This document shows, piece by piece, positions 48,580-60,659 of a DNA stretch of 64,000 nt. The number at the start of each line of letters is the position of its first letter. Position 1 is the stretch's first letter. The notes below the pieces were generated by a model. That model did no database searches and had not been told where the DNA came from. It was given only the letters and a program-made list of their open reading frames with translations. Source of the DNA: Dicyema japonicum (taxonomy: Eukaryota > Animalia > Dicyemida); the NCBI GenBank assembly GCA_011109175.1, contig RDEW01000028.1:62001-126000 (forward strand). Direction: 5' to 3'. The translations under genes were made by a program, and so were the position numbers.

Positions 48580-51425
48580 TTATTATTTAAGCACTTCACA
48601 AGAGCCATACTAATTATAGCCCCGCATGTGCAGCAAAAGAAACAAGGTTAGATGTCATCCTTTTCCATCCTCCCCTGTTCCTAGCCAAGGCTTTCATGTT
48701 GTCCAGGTCGGATTTCTTGACTAACATAGTATGTTTCCATAGATATGTTCGATGGGGATGTTAATTCCATCATCAGCACGTGTCCGAAGAGGTTCCATCG
48801 GGATTCCAGTACTTTTAAGCTGATAGGTCTAGTGCTGTATCTCTTATATAAAGCATTCCTCGATATTCTCGTAGGCCAAGTAGTTCCTGTTATTTTTCTC
48901 AGCTGACCTCTGTGGAACGAGTCTAGTTTTTCCATATCCGCTGATGAGGTCGTCCAAGTTCCAGCGTTATATAAAAGTACGGGTTTTATGGATGAGTCGT
49001 ATAATAGGATTCTCATTTTCGATACCTCTTTGATTCTTCAGTTTATATAACGCATCATTGGCTAGAGTTTTCCTACGTAAATTATCTTCGCTATCTCCCA
49101 TTGTTGAACCGAGTTTCTTTACTTGTCGCCACTTCTCTTCTAGGATGTTACTCATCCTTTTTATCTCTGTGAGTTCTGTTATCTCTCTGTTCACAGTAAG
49201 AAACCATTTCCCCAGTACATCTGGTCTTTTTCTAATAGGTGTTCCAGGACCTCTTTGTCTTCAGAATTAGGTCTACATCGTCCGCGTAGATCACTTCTTC
49301 CGTCTTTCCTTGGTAAACGGTCTAAGTTCCCTCATAGCTGCTTCCAGGTAAATTGTGAATAGTAGAAGAAAAAGAGTCTCCTTATGGAGTACTCGTGTTT
49401 GTTTCAAATTTTCTTGATTGGTCTTTCCGACTCTCACAAGGAGCTCAGTGTTGGAAAGTAAAATTCGGGTCATCCTTAGAGTCGACACATCAAGAAATCC
49501 ACTCAGTACCCCCATTAATTTGTTCCTGTTAACCGTATCAAAAGCTCTTGATAGGTCAATTCCGAGAATATTGGTAGCGTCACGGTATCTTTGATGTGTT
49601 GCACACCTCCATCTGTGACTCCAGACCGCATCAGTTGTGGATCTCCCTTCTCGAAAACCACATTGACTATCTGGTAGGTATTTGTAAGCAGGTTTTTTTA
49701 TTCGTTCAAGCACAATGTTTGCCAAGAGTTTGGGTAATGAATTTAGTAGTATGATGGGTCGCAAATTTTCGAGCGGTCCTCTGGTTTAGTTGATTTTTTG
49801 TATGGGGATTAGTAGTCCCGTACCCAGAGGTAGAGTCCAGTTGGTGGAGAACATTCAATTTAGTAGCATTGCAATTTTGTCATTCAGGCAGTCGGGTCCG
49901 TATTTTATTAGTTCGGGATCTATTTTGTCTGGTCCAGGACTTCTGTTATTCTTGAGTTTTCGGCAGGCAGTTTTGATTTCCTCGGCGTAATTAAAATCTC
50001 CAGCCGCAATGGCTTCAGTTTGTTCTTCGGTGTTCAGTATCAGCTTACCGTTCTCGTCTTTTATGGTTAGTCGACTTAGGTTTGTTCGTCGCAGCAAACG
50101 GGCAGCGACGTACACCTGTCGTTGTCTTTCATATTGTTTACCTCTTCTATACAGGAGGCTATTTCGTCTAGGAAAGCTTCTTGTTCAGACTTTATTTTTC
50201 TTCTGACAAATTGTCTTTCCTTGAAGGGCTTTTCTCGTATTAGCGTCAGTGGCATTTGATTTTCTCATGTTTATTTCTTTTAAACTTTTCGCAAGCTCAG
50301 GAACATCTGGATGAATAGCCTTCAGGTGCATTTTACTGTTTTCCCTTTTGCCAAGACATGCCTTAGCAGCTTCGTTGATGGTATCCTTTGTGCGTTTCCA
50401 GCGTCTTCTAACGAGATATCGACCAATACGTCCTGCAATTAAGTCTGAATGTATTGTTGATATTTCTCAGTAGTCTCCGGTTGAGAAATAAGCCTTTCAG
50501 TCGCCTCTGATTTTCTCATAATTGTGATTTTTGCATTCTTGTATTTTATGGCATGTTTTTCAGGGTGAAGGTCGCAATAACCATATTGTGATCGCTGACA
50601 GTGGTTGAGCCTTCACATGAACTTGCGTTTACTAGAAGGTGTTTGTCTTTACTCCAGCATATGACATAATCTATTTGGTTGTATATTGGACCAGCTTTCC
50701 TCTGAGTTCATTCGCTTCCCCATCCACGTAGTTTTGTGGCAGGATACGTAAATGCAGTATTGCATAGGAAAAGGTTGTTTGCCATACAAAATGACCAAGT
50801 ATTGTCCCGGGTAGGTTTCTTATTTCACGTCCATGTTCTCCCAAGAAAACATCATCCGGGTTATTCTTCATCCCGATTTTCGCATTCAAATCCCCAGAAT
50901 GAGTATTAGTGATGACGACTCATATTCGTTGTACGTCCGTAACAGTGTTGAATAGAAGTTGTCTAGTTCTGTCGGATCTTTCGCTACTCTCCCGCAGTGT
51001 GACGCATAAACATTTATAATTGTCAGAAAGCTCTTCGAAGGAAGTAAGTCGTTTAGACGGATTTGTATAACACAGATGTTGTCATTCACACTCCATGTAC
51101 GGTGGACTGCACTTGTCAACTTTGAGTGGATGGCAAATCCAAGTCCATAATATTTTGAGTCACTGGTAGACATATTATTCGATATTCGCCATAACTCTCA
51201 TCAAGGCTACAAGTAACTTTTGTCTCTTGTAGGCACGCAATGGATACGTCGTATCTCTCCAAGTCGTCACAAGAGAATCTTCCTTGACCTGGTCGTAGAT
51301 AAGCCTCTAGCATTGAACATAAGGAGCTTTAGACGAGATGCATCCTTTGTATCCCTTGCTTTCTAGACATTTTCTCAACTGTGATCCATCCAATTAAGAA
51401 ACGAGGCACGTCACCACCTCACCTA
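48580..51425 (-). mobile_element. Full-length RTE-family LINE, degenerate, 11-bp TSD CAAACTATTTA (48569-48579 / 51426-51436)
   Basis: 5' motif at 51403-51423, ATGTCT at 51370, endonuclease (CLQETK, GDLNAKIG), RT (QCGFREGRST, IDLSRAFD, YADD), C-terminal LFGHVL. Confidence 0.93.
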
Positions 51426-51436
51426 CAAACTATTTA

Positions 51437-52090
51437 CAGGGTTTTCCTATTTATTTAATAACTTTGTCAAAATTTGTCAAAATCTTTAATAATTCGTCAA
51501 AATATTTAATAAATTTGTCATAAAATTTAATAACTTAGTCAAAATGTTTAATAATTTTGCAAAATATTTATGGGATTATTATTTATATTTTTTGGGAATA
51601 TTATTTATATTTTTGGATCATTATATATATTTTTAGATCATTATATATTTATTGGATTATTAAGTCCCTATAAAAACAACTGGTATCCAATTAATTTTTA
51701 ACGTGTATAGGGTATGAATTGTATTTTTTGCCTCTTTACACTCCTCAACTTAATCCAATTGAAGAGTTTTTCTGTTTGGAAAAATAACATAAAAAAATGT
51801 AGGATCTCCGAGAAATTAATAAACGCAATTCAAAACATTGGAGAAATTCCATCAGATGTGTGCAATAATTTGTATAACCACATTCGAAGCTATTTAGTTA
51901 AAGCATTGGATTATGAAGAATTTTAATTTATAGTTGTTTTTTTCAATTAATTTTAAAATTGGTTTTTTTAATTTGACCCTTGACAAAGTTATTAAGCATT
52001 TTGACAATTTTATTAAATTTTATGACAAAGTTATTAAATTTTTTGACAGTTATTAAATTTTGACTGTATTAAATAAATAGAAAAACCCTG
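51437..52090 (+). mobile_element. Non-autonomous IS630/Tc1/mariner-type element (654 bp), TA TSD
   Basis: 24-bp TIRs CAGGGTTTT(C/T)CTATTTATTTAATA with one mismatch, flanked by TA; internal YFLPLYTPQLNPIEEFF (DDE motif); subterminal tttgtcaaaa repeats. Confidence 0.9.
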
Positions 52091-52209
52091 TATTATTAAA
52101 TATTATTAAAAGGATATTTATATTAAATTTTAAATTTTCGTAAGGGAAAATAAATTAAAATATTTACTTTTTAACTAAAAAATTTATTTTTATTTTATTT
52201 AAAAAATAC

Positions 52210-53745
52210 GATATGTTGATTTTGTTGCAGGAAAGTGGCATCGAAGGAAAGTCTATCCTACTCCAAGACTACAAAAACTTAGATTGGAGAGTGTTTCCCA
52301 TACTTTTTCGACTACAACTTGTATGGTTTTTATCCAAACAACTTCAAATCCTTCGATAACTCATTATTCATTTCAATAGTGTAGTGCGTGAGGATTTTTA
52401 TAAAATGTAAATCAATTCATTTCACTAAGAAGCCTTCCTGCGCAACCGATTCATTTACGATGGAAAGAAATTGATTAAAAAGTCTAAAGATTCAATCCTG
52501 GGAAACCATGGTAAGGAACAAGTCCAAGAGCAGACAGGAGAGTGTCTGGAATAACCTCATGTCCACCCAAAGCAAACATTCCTCCCTCATGAAAATGTGG
52601 AATACTCTTCTAGGCTTCACCAAGTGAGGACGCCTCCTTGCGAAGACCTAGAGAACAAGAACTTTTTAAACAAGATCATGAAGGCTTATTCTTCCGTGAG
52701 TTTTATCCCTCACCAGAAAATTGAGGGTCTTTCTAATTATAGAAATACTCATTCTAGATCAGATTAAACCTTACCTTTCGGACGTATCCTTCCAACATGG
52801 TTTAGGAAGAGTCACTCTACAATTACTCACCTTCCATGCTTAACGATATTTATAAAGGAGGACCTACAATGAAAACCTCGGTATCAAAAGACCCTTGTGT
52901 GCTCCATTGATATACAGAAGGCTTTTGACTCAATTCCGAGGAAATTACTTACTAGGAAGATTTATGGCTGTAACATGACAAACAATTAGAAAATAAATTT
53001 CTAAATGGACCAAGAATAATTTCATATTACACATTATCTATCACTACATTGTTTACCAAATGGGGTCCCACAGGGATCATCACTGTCACCCATTCTTTAC
53101 AATTTTTATGAGCGATGTGCCTTCCCGCAGCAACACTCTGATCCTCGCTTATGCTGATGACATAATCCTGGCAACAAGAGTATTTACATAGCAGGTATCC
53201 GTTTACAAGATTTACTGGACAATCTGAGCTGTTGGCTTACGAGGAACCTATCACACACAAGTCCTGAAAATTCTAGATGATTTTTTCATCAAACATATGA
53301 ATAGCAAACTCGTCACCTTTTTTACCCTTAATGGAATGTCAATCCCCTCCACCAACTCTATCAAAATACTGGGGATCACATACGACCCCCTTATGAGTTA
53401 AACATGTCAGCAACGTAATTTCCTACTCCCAAAGAAAACTAAATTGTGTAAAAATACCTGTTGGATACTACAAAGGCTGTTTCTACTAACCAATAAGCCA
53501 CCTTTATACAAACCTATAAAGTCAATGTCTTACAAGAAACAGTCACGAGGGCCCTAAAAAGATTCTCTTTGTCACTAATGCCAACTCCGTTCGAGGAACG
53601 GTTACCAAAAATTCCAAAGTGTCTCATTCATACAGGAAGAGCGTCGGTTCTTGGGAGAACACAGAGAGAGAATGAGACGAATGCTTAAGAATGCCGGGAT
53701 CACCTGACGACCACCCTTTTATTTTGTCGATGATTTTTATTTATT
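52210..53745 (+). mobile_element. LINE family A copy, heavily degenerate
   Basis: FQHGFRK, IDIQKAFD, GVPQGSSLSP, LAYADD, KILGITYD; ends AGIT*. Confidence 0.8.
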
Positions 53746-54115
53746 TAACAACCCAAGACCACGGTGCAACCTAACTAATTATCACGTCATCTCGATACAT
53801 CTAACAGTGGCCTCATCTTCCTCGTTCCCGCGGGAGAATGACAGGACGACTGAATGATTTTTCAGAGCCACATTCTCGTGATCTGGGGTCTTGTCTCATA
53901 AGAGTTCGGTGAATTAAGTACCGACTTCCCTAGATTAGTAGATGTACCTGATGTAACGGGAAAATTAAAGGCTAACCAGGACAAGATATGCCCATGTGGT
54001 CGTTAAAAACACGGAACACCGAGAAAAGATGCGAAGACTGTTGAGGGAGGCCGGGATCACCTGAATTTTGTTTATTTTGGATATGACGGTGGTTTTCTGG
54101 TTAAATAATAATAAT
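53745..54115. mobile_element. Two further LINE 3'-end fragments (minus 53745-53910, plus 53915-54115)
   Basis: The minus piece is homologous to 35350-35560. The plus piece ends AGIT* with a TAA tail and matches 11140-11230. Confidence 0.65.
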
Positions 54116-54805
54116 TAAAAACTAATTTTGATTTATGGATAAAACCATAATGTCACGAAAATTAACCACAATAATATAATCTAAATATTTATATTTAAAA
54201 TCTTATTATTATAATTGCAGAATATTATTATTAAAACACAATTAATTCACAAAGTAGACTACTTCTTTGAGAGCCAAGCTATGCGCCCACTCAATAGCTC
54301 CAATAATCCAGTCCGACTTCCCAGAAGTTGTTAGTTTGACAGGGGAATAATTGTGGTTCTTTTATTTGTCAGATTGAAGCTGGTATCCAATTTCTCTTAG
54401 GAAATTATCGAAAAGACAAGATGCCGACTCAAAAAATATGGGAGCGACCGGCATTGCTGCGTCCTATTTAATAGCTGCTGCTCTTCTACAAGTTAGTGAG
54501 GTCGGGGTTACTTAACTAACTAAAGTAGACCATGTGCGGTGCTAAGAATACGTGTGAATATTAAATTATGACATCACGTAAAGCTACAGCACGTGTACTA
54601 CACGATTAAACTTTAAAACCACAAATTTTCAAATACTTACAATTGAAGTCAATTAATGAGGAATTAAAATATGAAATTTCATATCGAGGATTTATAGTGA
54701 GACATCTCCAAGTTACTAAATTTTTATTGAATCCATGTGGCGTCATGTGGTGCTATGTGGCTAAATGATTAAAAATGCATCTTCCTTTCCTCTATGGCGT
54801 CATTG

Positions 54806-54960
54806 GATCCACCTTACTAAGGAGACGCCCCATGCCTAGCCGGCATCAAAAGGATCCAACTATTCTTTCAATCGGGAGACAATTTCGTTACCTGGAGACG
54901 AGTCCTGGAATCGCTGCAACGCGTCAGGATCAAGGAGTTAGTTAGTTTTACCTTTGGAAT
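54806..54960 (+). repeat. GATCCAC-family short retroposon fragment
   Basis: gatccacc...ggagacgccccatgcctagccggcatcaaaaggatc, later gagttagttagtt. Confidence 0.65.
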
Positions 54961-55949
54961 AATTTTATTTATTTTATTTACCAATTTTGTGTCAAATGAG
55001 ATTATAACCCCAGTGTATCAGACACTTCCTCGTTACGTAAATTTTTATATTCAATATCTCCCGTGTCCATAATTTCGTCCATTTACAAGAAAAATGAAAC
55101 ATGAGATCTCATCCATCATGAGGAGGTGAGGAAATTTCCTGTCATAGAGGTGCATCACCACCTCAATCATTTGTATAATCAACCTAGATATGCTCAAATA
55201 ACCGTAGTTAACCCTATAAGTTGACCAAATAAATAAGGAATAACACAGGTATAACAATTTTCCCTTGAATTATAGCAGTGGGACTAATTTAATAGCCATG
55301 TGCGCAGTTTTGATAATTAATATGTGTTTTGTGTCTATGTTTATTTGGTTTTGTATTCTGGCAAACCGCCACAAGAAAGTATTGCGTGTTAATAGTCCAG
55401 ACGGTGCTAATTAAAGTTCAATAAAGACATATTGATGGAAAAATAACAAAAAATTACTGATAAATTATCGAATAAAAAATCTGACGACAGTAATGCTAGA
55501 TGACTTAAATTGAACAAAACCTCAGAGTTCCTGTAATAAATGCTAGGAAATGAGTCAAAAAAGAATTCGAACATATTTTTTTGAAAAATCTCGTTAGCAT
55601 TCTAAATCGTTATTAGTAAATAAACGATTCCTGAGGCGGAGGGATTCCTCGTGGGCCGTGGAGATATTCTGTTTGGTCGTGAATCTCAAGAAAATTTCTC
55701 ATTAAGGATTCAGAGGATGAAATATCATTTCTACAATATCAATCAACTTTACACATTTCAATGGATTGAGAATCATTGCTTGATGAGAGAGAATAGATAT
55801 CAGAAGAGGTATCCATTTATATGTTAACTTGATTTGATAATAAATATTATGAAATCAAATCTGGTTCGCCATTTTAAAATTAATTTATTTTCAATAATTT
55901 AATTTTATAAAATAATAAATTTTATAAAATTAAAAAAATATAAAGTTAG

Positions 55950-57350
55950 CTCCTAAAATATGGGCCAAAAAAAACTTAGCGACACAATTGCAAAAACCCT
56001 AAATGACGTCTTTGAAACTAATACCGATCTAGGACTTGGAAATGGATTAATTAATACCCATACAAAAACCGAACAAATCAAAAGGACCAGTAGAAAATCT
56101 CCGCCCGATAATACTTCTGAATTCGATAGGCAAGGTGCTGGCAAACATTGCACTAAGCCGAATAAGGGTGTGGTGGATCTATACCAACCAGCAAGTCAAA
56201 GTGAGTTTCGAGAAGGGAGGCTACGGCAGTACATTGTATGGAGCCACAGATGGCGCTGCGCAACGCACCAAAGATTCAAGAGCGCAACAACCGTGTTGGG
56301 AATAGATCTCTCCAGAGCTTTCGACTCAATAAACAAACAGAAACTTATGAATGTGGTTGAAAAAATATTGGATGAATCGTCGGTTAGGATAATCAGACTA
56401 CTACTAGCGAACACAAGACTATCTGTGAGGACATAAGGAGCAACTTCCAGCAGTTTCAAAACAACGATTGGGACACCCCAGGGTGATTCCTTTTCCCCTT
56501 TAGTATTCATCATATACTTTGAATATGCACTCCGCGATCTCCGTAAATGCTATATAGGAAATATAGAAGAGACATCTTATTAGGATGATGTGGATTTCGT
56601 ATCACGGGACGCGACCGCACTCCAACACCTGCTCTAAAATACATTTGCAGAACTTGAGAAATGGTTTCTCAGCGTAAATAAACTGAAATTACGGAAATCA
56701 AAAAAGAAGACGATATTACTCATGACAAATGGAGACGTACTAATAAGCTCGGCTCTCTACTAGGAGATGCTGAAGATGTACTAAGGAGGAAAACACTGGC
56801 ATATGTGGCAATGGCTAAACTGAAGAAAAGATGGTTAAGAGCCAAAGGACTTGGAATTGACATCAGATGCATGCTTTACAACGCGTTTGTGAAACCGATC
56901 CTACTGTGCAACGCTGGGACATGAGGAAGTTCCTTCAACGAACTATTGAAACATGATTCGATCCATAGAAGGCAACTAAGAAGCTTACTCGGAATGGAGT
57001 GGCCACGTAGAATATCAACCACTGGTATCTACAACAAGTGTATGTGTTCTTACATCAGCAAGGATGTGATAGATGTTTGGGCATGTACTAAGAATGAACC
57101 CAGACGCACCCGCTAACAAAGCGATGGAAGATTATTTTGACAGTTGCGAAAAACCCTTCCACGGACGGCCTAGATCGACACTTCCGACAGTCCTAAACAA
57201 AGACTTAAATCGTGTGAGAAAAAATCTAAAGACGGGAGACGACCTGGACGAATTGAGATCACTCGCATTCGACAGAGGAAGATGGAAAAGACTAACTAAT
57301 AAATGCGGGGCATTATGGCTTTCGTGAAAGTGCCTTTAATAATAAATAAT
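55950..57350 (+). mobile_element. 5'-truncated RTE-family LINE
   Basis: QSEFREGR, GIDLSRAFD, GTPQGDSFSP, FGHVLRM...PANKAMEDYF...GRPR; taataataaataat tail. Confidence 0.9.
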
Positions 57351-57689
57351 ATATTTCTCCCTATACCACTTAGTGGGGCTTATAGCAGACAGTTTTGTGA
57401 GAACTATGATTGAACAAATGGAGATCATTGACTAAATGAAATACTACAAATTAAATATATATTTAAGATTTCAGCCACAAGTATAAGTATAAAACAACTG
57501 TATTGACTAAGACAATCAATTATATTATTAGTGTTATACAATACCTTTGTTAAACCAGTCCTACTAAGTCATCAACCTGGGCAACTTCAAGACTGAGCAA
57601 TAGGAGATAGATTCGTTTCATCGAAAACACCTCGGTTTTAATTGGCCAAGGAAAATATTTAATAATGGAGAATTTTATTAAGTAAAGTG

Positions 57690-57845
57690 TCAGTCAATTA
57701 AATTTGAGAGAGTTTCAATATATTTGATGGTTTCTCTCAAAATGTGGTGTTGATCCAAAGAGAGTACGTCTGATAACCCTGGGACCAGGTTTTTTAAAAT
57801 AATAAAATACTCTTCTTCTAAAGTTTTATAGCAACATTGAGCCAT
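57690..57845 (-). CDS. 51-aa ID/emc-like helix-loop-helix microprotein lacking a basic region
   Basis: MAQCCYKTLEEEYFIILKNLVPGLSDVLSLDQHHILRETIKYIETLSNLID*: helix 1 LKNLVP, helix 2 ILRETIKYIETL; AATAAA shortly downstream. Below the ORF-track length cut-off. Confidence 0.7.
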   Translation of the reverse strand: MAQCCYKTLEEEYFIILKNLVPGLSDVLSLDQHHILRETIKYIETLSNLID

Positions 57846-58059
57846 CAAACGACCGCGTGGATGTTCAAAAAATAGTTATGGGTTGTACAGCTGTTATGAG
57901 CGTTCCTTACTTGAGTAACACATATTGTATGCAGCTGTGGGCACAACAAATGGGCAAACTCAACCATCTGCTTTAGATAAGTTTGCTTACTATTTTCAGC
58001 TTTTATCGATTAAACCACACACTAACCACAATTAAAAATAAATATTTTAAAATAAAATA

Positions 58060-59474
58060 TTAATAATACATCAATATGGGGTCTTCTGAGGACTCATATT
58101 TGGGGGACACATTGACGGAAAAGGGCAAAATTTAAATTTCTGAGGAACCTAATTGCGTTTAATGTTATCATCTTGATTTGTGGGGACCAGTGGGTTAATG
58201 ATGTCCTGTACAAAGAGGGTACAAATTCGCTAAAGGCTTCGATGCAGTTATTCTTTATTAGAGTGAGCATCCAATCTTCATGGAGACTAAGCAGTGCGTG
58301 TTCAGATATCTGTCGTTAGTCACAGATGTACCTGCATTTGCTGATTTTCCAAGCAGGACCCCCAGAATTTAAAGAATTTAGCCAAGAGTTCCTTTGAGAA
58401 GCCAGAAGAGTCCAACTGGGAGAAGAGTCTGTGTATTTCTAGGACAAAGTATTTCTAACTAGCAAATAGACACCAACCCCACGACGGGAGTCACGACGAT
58501 GGAAGTACTTAATCAAATACTGAACCAACTCTGGAAACAATGTTTTCTCCTTTTTAACGAATACCAGGACACAGTCAGACAGTTCCTTGTAAAACAGGGG
58601 AATTGATCTGGTCTTGTGAAGTGGGAACAAGAGTGTAACGACTACGTCATTGTGATGAGGCTTCAATGGTTGAGGAAATCCTTCAGCGAAACTATTTATG
58701 AGTTTCTTAGTACTTTTTGTAAACATTGAGAACTTGGGCAATTCCGTGAAAGTGTTCTCCGTCGTAAATGAAGGTCGAGAGGATCTCCTCTATTTGCTTG
58801 ATGACATGTGACCGAACCCACAAGAACTTGTAGTACATTTTATGTATGACCTTCTCAAGGTACTCCCTTTCTCGAGAGTCCTCAGAATTGAATAAACTCA
58901 TAATCTGCATCAGCACACGTGCTTACTCTTTTAATATAATGCTTGTTTATAATTTTACGGTCCCCTTTTAGACTTTCTAAGTTCAATATTTGGAGGAGGA
59001 ATTGGTAGACCAACTAAGGTTAAGAATAAAATCAACTTCCAAATGGGGCCACGTACTCTCAGCATATTGTTCGGTGACCTCAACGTCTATACCGTTGTAG
59101 TACTCACTCACTGAGAATTCTCTGAAAATGTTTAAATTGATCATATTGAAGGAGGCTGTGAAGAATGCTTCACTGAAGGGATATTTTTCATTTGCCGCAC
59201 AAAAATCGACGATTTCACACAAAAGCGATCTCTTAACTTCCTTCTCCCTCAAAAGACTCAGTTTATCTTCAAAATTGAAGATGACACAGCATGCCTGTAT
59301 TTTATTAATACAAATGGATTCTTTATTATTCATATTACCAATATCTAGTTACTATAAGCTTGGGAGATAACCCTTAAGGAGTTTTCCACATCCGTAATTG
59401 TATGGGACCTGAATCTCCCTTGATTGACGACTGATGAGTTTTCTCACATTCAAATATTGTCTATCGACGTTCAT
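58060..59474 (-). CDS. PPP2R5: Divergent PP2A B' (B56 / PPP2R5) regulatory subunit, multi-exon; ends approximate
   Basis: LLKD...KIQACCVIFNF, ESTWPHLE, FNSEDSREREYL, LLFPLHKT, PSLYRTSLTHW. Confidence 0.88.
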
Positions 59475-60189
59475 TACACGGTTAATGCGCTTGTAACTTT
59501 AATATATGTGTGTTTGGTTTCCATAGAGATTAATTTGATTTATTGACGTTTACGTAATTTCATGGACTGCTTGCACCATTCAAATATTAGGGACTATTCA
59601 AAGGAGTGGGGAGTATTACCCACAAATGACCACATTGAGGCGTGCCATGACTCATGTGCGGATAATCTTCGGTTTACTAGTGCAATAACACTATCGATTT
59701 TAAGCTACTTTTTTAGAATGTACTTATGAGGGTATCCACCATGTAAATCTCTGTGGATATAAATGATTTATTATTTTGGCTATTAGTTGAGCGGCAAATT
59801 TTAATAATTTTTTTTCAAACAAATTAGTCGTATAACCACAAATTGTTCAATAATTTTTTAATTTTTTAATAATTTTACAATAATCAAATATTAAATTAAT
59901 AAATTATGTTGGGTCCACCAAAAGTATTGCAATATTCATACTATAACTACCATAATCCATCTCTATATCCGTGGACATTAAATTGACTAAAGTTGGTGGT
60001 TAATTGGTCGGAAGGTTGAGGTGGTGACGCATTAAATTGGACAAAATATATACTTAACCTCATTATTAAGCCTTTGTCCACCATTTTGTGCGCATGAAAT
60101 AGGTGACGGACACAGGAATCCTTGAGTTCGAGTCCTGCCAAAATTGAAATAACTTGGTGGATAATCTTAGAGACAAAGAGTGGACTTGT

Positions 60190-60470
60190 AAAAAATAAAA
60201 TTACGCACTCTCCTGGAGACGCAGTCGACAAGGCGGAGGCCAAGAAGATCCGTAAATACGAATCCCTCGGAAACCAATACCATTTCACCCCCATTGCTGT
60301 GGAGACAACTGGAACCGTGGGAGCTAAGACAAACGCCTTTCTCTCCAGCATTGGAAGCAAACTCGCCTTAAAAAGGTGTGAGCCACGGATGGGACTCTGG
60401 TTGAGACAGAGGCTTGAAATGGCGATTATCAGAGGTAACACCTTCGCCATTCTGTTGTCATAATTATTTA
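60190..60470 (+). mobile_element. CRE-like family 3' fragment
   Basis: AEAKKIRKYESL...FTPIAVETTG...WLRQRLEMAIIRGN. Confidence 0.85.
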
Positions 60471-60659
60471 TAATTTAAAAAAAATAAAATTATTTTGTTA
60501 GTTTTATTAAAAATTATAATTTGGGCAATTTTTGACTAATTTTTTAATTAATTTTGACTTTTTTGCTTGATTGTTATTACATTAAACATTCAATAAATTT
60601 TAAATAATAATATATCAAAGATCTTTCAACGTTGTCGGAAAATGTATAACTGGGGTGGA

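Noticed and set aside
51450-52070. CRISPR-like or satellite array from the repeated tttgtcaaaa / aataact units
   Set aside because: The units are irregular AT-rich subterminal repeats inside a TIR element, with no constant repeat-spacer period and no cas genes; the context is eukaryotic.
16057-56513. Numerous antisense ORFs in the ORF track (e.g. 16057-16401, 16691-17266, 31808-32185, 56196-56513)
   Set aside because: They are shadows of genuine coding sequence on the opposite strand and carry no motifs of their own.
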